Position numbers and translations under genes: made by a program
Shown here: one piece after another, positions 50,632 to 61,560 of the stretch
Layout of the letters: every line of letters begins with the position of its first letter
Numbering within the stretch: position 1 is the stretch's first letter
The notes under the pieces: generated by a model
Seen by the model: the letters and a program-made list of their open reading frames with translations, nothing else
Databases searched by the model: none
Told to the model about the DNA's origin: nothing
DNA from: Camelus dromedarius
Taxonomy: Eukaryota
Assembly (NCBI RefSeq): GCF_036321535.1
Contig: NC_087437.1
Span: forward strand, 50,222,001 to 50,286,000
Direction of reading: 5' to 3'
Length of the DNA: 64,000 nucleotides

Positions 50632-53600
50632 CAAATGGTGCAGGCCAGAAGGGAGTGGCAAGATATATTCAAAGTCCCAAAAGTGAAAAACCAGCAACCT
50701 AGGATACTCTACCTAGCAAGATTATCATGTAGAATAGAAGGAGAGATAAAGAATTTCTCAGACAAGCAAAAGCTAAAAGAATACAGCAATATTAAACTTA
50801 TCCTAAAAGAAATATTGAAAGGTGTTCTCTAAATAGAAAAGGAGAAAGAACTACAGGAAATAGAAAATCACAATAGGAAGAGCAAATGTATAAAAAGGAT
50901 TGTAGATCACTTAAATAAGCCAGTACATAGATTTCATAAAAATCAAAAAAAATTGTGAAAGTGGTTGTAACTATAATAAACAGCAAAAGGATAAACATGA
51001 AGATGTAAAATAAAACATCAAAATCATAAAATGTTGAGGAGGGGAGTAAGAAAATGTACTTTTTTAGAATGTGTTTGAACTTCTATGACTACCAATCTAA
51101 AGCAATTAGGTATAATAATGGGTAATATACTTGAAAACCAGAGTAACCACAAATCCAAAACACACAATAGATTCACAAAAAGAAGAGAATTCAAGCATAA
51201 TACAAAAGAAAATCAAGCCACAAAAGGAAAAAGAAAAAGAGTGGAACAAAGAAGAAATACAAAATCAACTGGAAAACAAGGTTTAAAATGGCAATAAAGA
51301 CATACCTATCAATAATTACCTTAAATGTCAATGGACTAAATTCTCTGATCAAAAGACACAGAGTTGCACATTGAATAATAAAACAAAAGCCTACAATATG
51401 CTGCCTATAAGAGACCCACTTTAGGACAAATGACACATACAGATTGAATGTGAGTGGACATAAAAAGATATTTCATGCAAAAGGAAATGATAAGAAAGTG
51501 GGGGTAACAATACTAATATCAGACAAAATAGACTTTAAAACAAAGGCCATAAAGAAAGATAAAGAAGGATACTGTATAATGATAAAAGGAGCAGCAACAG
51601 AAGAGGATATTATACTTGCTAACATATATGCATCCAATATAGGAGAGCCTAAGGGCATAAAACAAATACTAACACACATAAAAGGAGAAATTGATGGGAA
51701 TAAAATAACATTAGGAGACTTTAACACCCTACTGCCACCAACGGACAGATCTTCAAGACAGAAAATGAATAAAGCAACAAGAACCTAAATGACACAATAG
51801 AACAGTTAGCCCTAATTAATATTTTGAGGACATTACATCCAAAAGAAACAGAATACACATTCTTTTCAAGTACACATGGAACATTCTCTAGGATAGACCA
51901 CATACTAAGACGTAAAACAAACCTCAACAAATTTAAGGGGACAGAAATTATTTCAAGCATCTTTTCTGACCACAATGGCATGAAACTAGAAATCAACCAC
52001 AGAAAGAGAAATGAAAAAAAAAAAATTGATTATATGGAGACTAAACAAGATGCTACTAAAAAACCACTGGGTCAAGGTTGAAATCAAGGAGGAAATTAAA
52101 AAAATACCTTGAGACAAATGACAATGAAAACAACCACACAAAATCTATGGGATGCAGAAAAAGCAGATATAAGAGGGAAGTTCATAGGGATACAGGCCTT
52201 TCTCAAAAAAATAAGAAAAATCGCAAATAAACAACCTAACCTACCACCTAAAATACAAAACCTATGGGATGCAGCAAAAGTAGTTCTTAGAGGAATAAGA
52301 ATACACACCTTCCTCAAAAAACAAGAAAAATCTTGAATAAGTAGCCTAACCCAGCACCTAAAAGAATTAGAAAAAGAAAGACAAAAAAAACCTAAAGTCA
52401 GCAGGAGGAGGGAAATAATAAAGACCAGAGAGGAAATAGACAAAAATAGAGATTTAAAACAACAATAGAGCAAAATAAAACCAAGAGCTGGTTCTTTGAA
52501 AGGGTAAACAAAATCGACAAACCTCTGGCCAGGCTCCAAGGCACCAATAAGAAAAGAGAGAGGACCCAAATAAACAAAATTTTTAAAATGCAAGAGGAGA
52601 AATAACCAATACCACAGATATACAAAAAAATAAAAAATAAAAATAAGAGGGGAGGAGGGTATAGCTCAGTGGTAGAGCATGTGCTTAGCATGCTCAAGGT
52701 GCTGGGTTCAATCCCCAGTACCGCCATAAAAACAAACAAACAAACAAATCTAATTACCACCCCCCCAAAAATAAGAGAATACTATGAACAATTATATGCC
52801 AACAAATTGGACAACCTAGAAAAAGTGGACAAGTTTCTAGGAACATATAGCCCACCAAAACTGAATTAAGAAGAAATAGGTAATTTGAACAGACCAAAAA
52901 CTAGAACTGAAATGGAATGCGTAACTTAAAAACTCCTGTAAACAAAAGTCCAGGACCAGATAGCTTAACACTGAGGGAATTCTACTAAACATACAAAGAA
53001 GAACTTATACTGATCTTTCTCAAACTCTTCCAAAAGACTGAAGAAGGAACACTCCCAAACTCATTCTGTGAAGCCACCATCACACTGATACCAAAACCAG
53101 ACAAAGACAATACCAAAAAGGAAAATTACAGGTCAATTTGATGACAATAGGTGCAAAAATCCTCAACAAAATATTAGTAAACCAAATCCAACACATAAAA
53201 AGTATCATACACCATAATCAAGTTGGATTCATCCCAGGATCACAAAGATGGTTCAATATATGCAAATCAATCAATGTGATACACTATATCAACAAAGGAA
53301 AAAGACAAAACCACATCATCAATGTTTGCAGAAAATGCATTTGATACAATTCTATAGCCATTCATGATATTAAAAAAAAAAAAACTCTCACCAAAGTGGG
53401 TATAGAGGGAACATATCTCAGCATAATAAAAGCTACTTATGACGAACCCACAGCCAACATAATACTCAATGTTGAAAAGCTGACAGCCTTCCTGCTAAAA
53501 TTTGGAACAAGACACAAATGCCCACTCTCACCACTTTTACTCAACATAGTATTGGAAGTCCTGGTCACAGCAATCAAACAAGAAAAAGAAAAAAGGTGTC

Positions 53601-55622
53601 CAAATCGGAAGGGAAAAGGTAAAATTGTCATTATATGCAGATATGATACTATAAATAGAAACCCTAAAGACTCCACACAAAAACTACTAGAACTGATAAA
53701 TGAATTGAGCAAGGTAGCAGGATAAAGATTAACATACAGAAATCAATTGCATTTTTTTATACTAACAATGAAATATCAGAAAGGGACATTTTCTTAAAAT
53801 CCTTTTTTAAATTGCATCAAACAGAATTAAAATACTTAGGAATAAACCTGACCAAGGAAGTGAAAGACTTATACACAGAGAACTGTCAAACATGATAAAG
53901 GAAATTGAAGATGATTCAAAGAAATGGAAAGATATCTCATGCTCTTGGATTGGAAGAATGAATATTGTTAAAATGGCCATACTACCCAAAGCAATCTACA
54001 GATTTAATGTGATCCCTATCAAATTACTCATAACATTTTTCACAGAGCTAGAACAAATAATCCTAAAATTTATATGGAATCACGAAAGCCCCAGAATTGC
54101 CAAAGCAATACTGTAGAAAAAGAATGAAGCTGGAGGAATAACCCTCCCAGACTTCAGACAATACTACAGAGCCATGGTAATCAAAACAGCATAGTATTGG
54201 TACAAAAACAGACATATGGATCAATGGAATAGAATAGAAAGCACAGAAATAAACCCACATACTTATGGTCAATTAATCTTAGACAAAGGAGGTAAGAATA
54301 TACAATGGAGAAAAGACAGTCTCTTCAGCAAGTGGTGTTTGGAAAACTGGACAGCCGCATGTAAATCAGTGAAGTTAGAATATTCCCTCACACCATACAC
54401 AAAAATAAATTCAAAATGGCTTAAAGAATTATACATAAGACAAGACATGGTAAACCTCCTAGAAGAAAACATAGGCAAAATGTTTTCTGACATAAATCTT
54501 AACAATGTTCTCCTGGGGCAGTCTATCCAGGCAATAGAAATAAAAGCAAAAATAAGCAAATGGGACCTATTTAAACTTATAAGCTTTTGCACAGCAAAGG
54601 AAACCATAAACAAAACAAAAAGACAACATAAGGAATGGGAGAAAATATTTGAAAATGATGCAACTGACAAGGGCTTAATTTCCAGAATATACAAACAGTT
54701 CATACAGCTTAATAACCAAAAAACAAACAACCCAATCCAAAAATGGGCAGAAGACCTAAACAAATAATTCTCCATTGAAGATATACAAATAGCCAGTGGG
54801 CACATGAAAAAATGCTCAATATCACTAATTATCAGAGAAATGCAAATCAAAACTATAGTGAGGTATCACCTCACACCAGTTAGAATGGCCATCATTAAAA
54901 AGTCCACAAATAATAAATGCTGGAGAGGGTGTGGAGGAAATGGAACCTTCCTTTGCTGTTGGTGGGAATGTAGTTTGGTGCAGCCAATATGGAAAACAGT
55001 ATGGAGATTCTGCAAAAGACTAAAAATGGACTAACCATATGATCTGGCAATCCCACTTCTGGGCATATATCCAGAGGGAACTCTAATTTGAAAAGATACA
55101 TGCACTCCAATTTTCATAGCAGCACTATTTACAATAGCCAAGACATGAAAACAAACTAAATGTCCATCAACAGGTGACTGAAAAAAGAAGTTGTGGTATA
55201 TTTATACAATGGAATACTACTCAGCCATGGAAAAAGAATAAAATAATGCCATCTGCAGCAACATGGATGGATCTGGAGATCATCAGTCTAAGTGAAGTAA
55301 TCCAGAAAGAGAAAGAAAAATACCATATATCACTTATGTGTGGAATCTAAAAAAAGATATAAATGAACTTATTTACAAAACAGAAACAGACCCACAGATG
55401 TAGAAAACAAACTTACAGTTACCAGGGACAAAGCGGGTGGGAAGGGATAAATTGGGAGTTTGAGATTGGCAGATACTAACTACTATATATAATAGTCAAT
55501 ATCTTGTAGTAACCTAAATGAAAAAGAATATAAAAAGAAATATATGTATGTATATGTATGACTGAAACACTACAACAATGTAGACTGACTAGACTTCTAT
55601 TAAAAAAAAAAAAGGAAAAAAA
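50632..55622 (+). mobile_element. ~5-kb 5'-truncated, inactivated LINE-1 (ORF1 C-terminus, disrupted ORF2, 3'UTR, A-tail)
   Basis: ORF1 QARREWQDIFKV...PRILYLARLS; EN GVTILISDKIDFK, GDFNT, HGTFSRIDH; RT QVGFIPG, CPLSPLLLNIVLEVL; CCHC domain; many stops and frameshifts. Confidence 0.97.
52650..52766 (+). mobile_element. tRNA-derived SINE (camelid vic-1-like) inserted in L1
   Basis: gggtatagctcagtggtagagc (A box)...gggttcaatcccc (B box), aaac-rich tail, ctaattacc; 11-bp TSD aaaaataagag (52639-52649, 52767-52777). Confidence 0.9.
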
Positions 55623-55624
55623 AT

Positions 55625-55760
55625 TATTCAGCCTCATCAAGAGAAGGGAATTTTGACACTTGCAACAACATGGATAAACTTAGAGGGCACTATGCTAAGT
55701 GAAATAAGCCCAACAGAGAAAGACACACACTGCATAAAGTCACTTATATGTGAATTTTTT
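55625..55760 (+). mobile_element. Older L1 3' fragment
   Basis: tattcagcc...ttgcaacaacatggataaacttagagggcactatgctaagtgaaataagcc. Confidence 0.8.
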
Positions 55761-56359
55761 CATATGCTTTGTCTTGGTAATTCTATACCTAGGAATTTTT
55801 CCTAAGGAAATAATCAGAAAGATGCAAATGGATTAATGTACAACAATGTTAATTGTGTTATTTGCAATAGTGGAGGCTGGAAACCACCTTAATGTTAGTA
55901 ACCGGTAATGTTTTCTAAAAATATTTGTCATTAGAAAATTTTCGTGGAAAAAAATGTGGCTGACAAAATCATGATACCAAACTGGAGATATGGATAGCAT
56001 GATATCAATGTGTCCATATATGTACATTCTACATTTTCTAAACTGTTAGTCTAAAAATTAAGGGGAAAAGCTTTTAAAATAACCAATACGAATGCTTTTG
56101 ACACATGCCATTTTGTAAGTTATTTGCCAAATAAATCGTCCAAATATGCTCTTTTTAATGTTTGGGTATACAATTTGGATATAGTTTGAAGCATACCGCG
56201 AATAAGAAAATCCTCCTAATGTTGAAAGCAATACAAATCAATCCTAACTGAGCAATAAAATGCTACTTTACTGTTTGTGTTGTTTTTAAAGGAAGATTGG
56301 AAGTTTAGCTCGACATTCACCTCTGCCTTTATAAAAAAAAATTACAGCCTATAAAAATC

Positions 56360-57140
56360 TTTTAAAACCGCAGACCACCGAGTTGGACTCGGGGCTGAGA
56401 TTTTCTTCGTTTTGCCCTGACTCACAAAGGTCTCCGGCCGACCGCCGTCTGCAGATGACAGCCTCCATCAGGAAGCCCGCAACTCCACTTCCTGCTTAGG
56501 GGCGGCACCTCGGACCCTCGCCGGGATTTCAAAGCCCTGTTCCAGCCGTTTCTGTAGGGCTGAACCTTCTTATTTAGTAAATATTTACCTAGCTCTCTGA
56601 GGACTCTGATCACTAATCACTGCCACTTCTCTTTAATAATAAATGGTGAACTTCAAACGCCGCAGAACTCAACCGACTAATCAGTGCTCGCCGGGAGGTG
56701 CAAAACTGCAACCCGCCAGCGGACATGAAAGACTGAACATTTCCTGCTGCAGCTCGCGGCGGCCCAGAATAAACTTAAACGGAACGCGAAGAGGTGGATG
56801 CGGCCGCCCCCTACGCGCGGGCCGCGGGAGCCCGGGATCCATCTGCCTGCGGCTCGGCGCGCCGCCCCTTCCCCTTTCGCCCCGGGGACGCTCAAAGCCC
56901 GCCGCTCTGCCTGCTCCACAATCTGGGCTGCTGCCCCCTTGGGCTTTTAATGCTACCTTTTAAACTCGCCGTTCAATTGCAAACCAGTTAGCCCTTTCCG
57001 TTTGCCCGGGAGAGCGGTGGGGAGCCGCCGGCGCACTCCTCGCGGGCGGAAACGCGCGGGCTCGGCGCAGGGGGCTCCTGGCCGCCGCGCTCCGCTCTTC
57101 TGAAGAGGGTCAGCACGCCGGGTGACACTGACGCCAGCCT
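56360..57140. promoter_or_regulatory. CpG island, probable (bidirectional) promoter
   Basis: The only long CpG-dense, GC-rich tract in the window. ETS core acttcctg (56487-56494), GC box ggggcgg (56499-56505), minus-strand donor gtgagt at 56420-56425, plus-strand donor aag|gtaagg at 57185. Confidence 0.8.
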
Positions 57141-58644
57141 TCCCGGATTTAGTCCTCAAAGTCTTTTTTTATTTACTAGTAAAGGTAAGGGTCGCCCCTT
57201 TCACGGTTTCATTTTGTAATGTGAGAAAAAAATGATTAGGCCCACCCCACAGGCTTGTATTTGCTTCAAAGCAGCGAGGTCCCACCTACTTCCACTGCTG
57301 ATTTTGGAAACCGCCATCGGGCCTTTGGAAATACTGAAAAATTTTTGTCCCAGACACAGGGATAAAGATATTGAATATGTGTTGAGACCTGACTCATATC
57401 TAAAATTCTGCTTATCCAAGATGTAATTTGAATTCTATATTGTCTATTCTGATGAAGGCATGAGCGTTTGACATAGCTGACTAGAGTTTTTCTTATAGGC
57501 CATACTAAAGGTTTGAATGAGAATCAGTTTGCCCCCAAATTATTCTATCTTTTGTATAATTATTTCAGCTCCGTATAATGGAAGACCCAAACAGATCTGA
57601 AATCTAATTTGTTCTCAAATTTAACACATTTCTGTTACATTTTTAAACACGAATTAATTTAGAATAAGTTGGTGGAAACATAGGGATTGGTGTTAAAATG
57701 GCTTTGCCTCATTCACACAGAGCCCTGCCAATGTACTTTTAATTTTATCCACTTAATAATCCCTAGGTGTTGAGAAAAGACTGGAAGCGCTCTTTCCCCA
57801 ACCGCTCACTGAAACAACACAGCGGGCGTTTGCAGCGATGAGCTCGGAGTGCCCCTCTGTGGAAGAAGATGAGCACTACACTTTCCTTCTTACAGGTGAG
57901 TTCGTGGTTGCTGCTGTCTTGGAAACCTTGTAGTTCTTCACCTCTGCCCACCTTGAGGTCAGATGTTACTTTTCGTTAACATCTGTGAATTCAGTCTCTC
58001 TCCTTTTCTTCATGAAACATAAGTATTTGTTGAAAAGAATGAATGAATGAATCCTTTGGTCTCCTCTCCTCCCAAAGCTTTGCAGTTGACAAAATGCCCT
58101 AACAGTGACTTAGGCGTCAGTTGATGTCAGGAGCAGATAGAATGAAATAACAAGGAGCACAAGTAGGTGTTATCTTGTGCCAGCTCTCAACAATTGGCAG
58201 TGGCTGCAGCAGAGGGAGACTGAGGTCAAGGTGGGGCTCAAAAGTAAGTGTGATGTGATGAATGAGCAAGATGCAAAAAGGAAGTTAATCACTCTGTGCC
58301 CTAGGAGCTGACACCTGTATTATTGATCTATATCACTTCTAGCCATTGGCTAATTGTTACTGAGTTTATTAAATGTATTTCAGTCTTTTGTCTTCATCTC
58401 AAAAGTCAGAGCAGTGCCTTCACTGTTAACCTTGCTGAAAAATAAACCCCATTTTTGTTTATGTGATAGTGAATTAAAAAGCTCTCCATACATAATTATT
58501 GCTGTAGCTTCTACTCTGGTTTTCCACATGCTGACCTGTTCCATCTTTCTTATGCTGTTCTGTTACTCCAGCTTATTTTGATTTGTGCGCCTTTCTGTGC
58601 TGGTGCTCCCCCAATCATGAAGTAGATAAGTAAGAACGGGTGGA

Positions 58645-58715
58645 GGAGGGTGTTAATAATTACGGTGGCATAAACTGGTGCTGTCCTGGGCAAATCAGGA
58701 CATGTAGTCACCCTA
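58645..58715 (-). mobile_element. MER94-like hAT-Blackjack MITE fragment
   Basis: ttaataattac...taaactggtgctgtcctgggcaaatcaggacatgtagtcacccta is the reverse complement of the recalled MER94 end. Confidence 0.65.
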
Positions 58716-59321
58716 CTTACAAGCCCTAAAGTTAAAAGGATCCAAGTCACTGTGCACTTCTAGAATGATGAGCAACTGGGTGAACACACACTTGCTAAAT
58801 TCACAGCTCCAGGAATATCCCTCAAAAATCTTCAGAAACTGTACGTGCTGTCTAATCATCCCTTTTTGCTTGAGAGCAGAAATATCTAATGATAAATCCC
58901 AGACTCTTTGCAAGCTTCCAACTAACTCCTGGAGGAAACTCAGGTATCTGCCCAGAAGGTTGCCTACTGCTAGACCCTCTGAGGTTGAGTAAAATACCCA
59001 GAAGCAGGAACAGGCAGGCTTACACCTCACACAACTGGTATGTCCCTGAAAAAGTACATTAGGTGATACATCAGGGAAATCACATTTTTTTAATTCACTG
59101 GAGAAAATGGCTAAATAATGAAACCTTCTAGTGAGTCTCCTATAAAACTTTAAAACTCCTTTTAAAATGCAAATAATTTACTATTTTATAAACCTGGATT
59201 TTTGTAGAATTGGTTTTCTTAAAGCAGAAAGTGTGACCTAGAACTGCGGTTTACTAAACCTCAGAAGTAATGAACCTGTATCTGAGACATATGTTCAAGT
59301 TATACTTTAAATGGAGATATT

Positions 59322-59500
59322 TTCATTAGGATGCTTTTAACTGGAAGTAACTAAAACCCACATCTGTCTTATACAGTGAAGATCATTCATTGACTCATAT
59401 AAACTGAAAATCCCAGCTCAAGCTTTAAGCATAGGTTGACTCTAATAATGTCACCACGTTAGTTTCTTTCCATTTTTCTGCTTTATCTTCCCAGATACTG
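59322..59500 (-). mobile_element. MLT1-type LTR fragment
   Basis: cattaggatgcttttaactggaagtaactaaaaccca...attgactcatataaactgaaaatcc. Confidence 0.5.
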
Positions 59501-60585
59501 TCTAAAGGTGATTTAATGACATCACCATCATTATCATAGCTACATGAAGGAGGTAACTCAATGTTCTCTAAGGAGGAATAACAGATAAAGTGGCAGAGTC
59601 TTTTGAACTGAGATTTTTCATGAAATAATCTACAGATTAAACAGCATTTAAGGGAAAAAAACCTTTCTTTGTTGTGAGCCTGTTGAGGTCCATGATGGAG
59701 GAAACTGTTCCCTTTTTTTGCTTTTCTTTTTTTAATTGAAGTATAGTTGATTTACAATATTGTGTTAGTTTCAGCTGTATAGTAAAGTGATTCAGCTATA
59801 TATTTTTTCAGATTATTTTCCATTATAGGTTATTACAAGATATTGAATGTTGTTCCCTGTGCTATACAGTAAATCCTTGTTGCTTATCTATTTCATGTAT
59901 AGTAGTTCATATCTGTTAATCCCATATTCCTATTTTATCCCTCCTCCCCTTCCCTTTCTTAACTGTAAGTTTGTTTTCTATGTCTGTGAATTTGCTTCTG
60001 TTTTGTATATAGATTCATTTGTATTATTTTCTGATTCCACATATAAGTGATATTATATAATATTTGTCTTTCTATGACTTACTTCACTTAATATGGTAGT
60101 CTAGGTCCATCCATGTTGCTACAGATGGCAATGTTACATTCTAATTTATGGCTAAGTAATATCCTTTATACATATATATGACACATATCCTTAAACCAGT
60201 CATCTGTTGTTTCCATATCTTGGCTATTGTGAATAGTGCTGCTATGAACATTGGGGGTGCATGTATCTTTTTGAATTAGAGTTTTTGTCTTTTCCGGATA
60301 TATGCCCAGGAGTGGAATTGCTGGATCATATGGTAAGTCTATTTTTAGTTAAGGAACTGTCATACTGTTCTCCATAGTGGCAGCACCAATTTACATTCCT
60401 ACCAGCAGTATTGGAAGGTCCCCTTTTCTCCACACCCTCTCCAGCGTTTATTATTTGTAGACTTTTTGATGATGGCCATTCTGATTGATGTGAGGTGATA
60501 CCTCATTGTGGTTTTGATTTGCATTTCTCTAATAATTAGTGATGTTGAGCATCTTTTCATGTACCTACTGACCTGTATGTCTTCT

Positions 60586-60725
60586 TTTTTATTTTTATTT
60601 ATTTTTATTTTAAGGGGGAGGGCATAATTAGATTTATTTAGTTAGTTAATGGAGGTACTGGGGACCGAACACAGGACCTTGTGCACACTAAGCATGCGTT
60701 CTACCCTCTATCTGTACCTTCACCC
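60586..60725 (-). mobile_element. tRNA-derived SINE (vic-1-like)
   Basis: Reverse complement of the 52650 SINE family; TSD aYctgtatgtYttct at 60571-60585 and 60726-60740. Confidence 0.85.
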
Positions 60726-61204
60726 ATCTGTATGTTTTCTTTGGAGAAATATCTGCTTCGGTCTTCTGCCAGTTTTTTTGACTGGGCTGTTTGTTTTTTC
60801 CACATTGAGTTGTATGAGCTGCTTGTATATATTGGATATTAAGTCCTTGTTGGTAGCATCATTTGCAAATATTTTCTACCATTCCATAGGTTGTCTTTTC
60901 ATTTTGTCGATGATTTCCTTTGCTGGGCAAAAGCTTTTAAATTTGATTAGGTCCCATTTGTTTATTTTTGCTTTTGTTTCTTTTGCCTTGGGAGACTGAT
61001 CTAAGAAAATATTGCTACAATTTGCATCAGAGAATGTTTTGCCTATGTTCTCTTGTAGGAGTTTTATGGTGTCATGTCTTATATTTGGGTCTTTAAATCA
61101 CTTTGAGATTATCTGTGTATATTCTGTGAAGCAGTGTTCTAATTTCATTGATTTATGTGTAGCTGCCTAGGTGTCCCCACACCACTTGTTAAACAGACTG
61201 TCTT

Positions 61205-61560
61205 TTTTTTTTCTTTTTACTTTTTTTTAATTGAAGTATAGTTGATTTACAATGTTGTGTTAGTTTCTGGTGTACAGCATAGTGACTCAGTTATAGATAT
61301 ATATACTGTTTTCATATTCTTTTTCATTATAGGTTTTTACAAGATACTGAATATAATTCTCTGTCCTATACAGTAGGACCTTACTGTTTACCTATTTTGT
61401 ATATAGTGGTCAGTATCTGCAAATCTCAGGCTCCCAATTTATCCCATTCCACCCTCTTTTTCCCCTAGTAACCATAAGTTTATTATCTATGTCTGTAAGT
61501 CTGTTTCTGTTTTGTGAACATGTTCATTTGTGTCATTTTTTAGATTCAACATATAAGTGA
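61205..61560 (-). mobile_element. Young L1 3' end nested in older L1
   Basis: Own poly-T tail; TSD aaSagactgtctt at 61192-61204 and 61561-61573. Confidence 0.9.

Larger units (their letters stand above)
11940..56468 (-). pseudogene. Multi-exon unitary pseudogene of an RGS22/RGSL1-family (multi-RGS-domain) gene
   Basis: More than ten AG/GT-bounded minus-strand exon remnants between the CpG island and ~11.9 kb give peptides resembling RGS22/RGSL1 N-terminal and RGS-domain motifs, with stops and frameshifts. Family call by eye from recalled sequences; ends uncertain. Confidence 0.62.

Noticed and set aside
52650..52725. tRNA-like sequence as a real tRNA gene
   Set aside because: It has a SINE tail and TSD, sits inside an L1, and a second diverged copy lies at 60586-60725.
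50635..55110. Cluster of ORFs with endonuclease/RT-like peptides and antisense ORFs
   Set aside because: These are fragments of a disabled L1 and their antisense shadows, not a host gene or novel RT system.
11940..56468. Assigning the symbol RGS22 or RGSL1
   Set aside because: Similarity is only motif-level, and a true mammalian ortholog should be far more similar even if pseudogenised. No symbol given.
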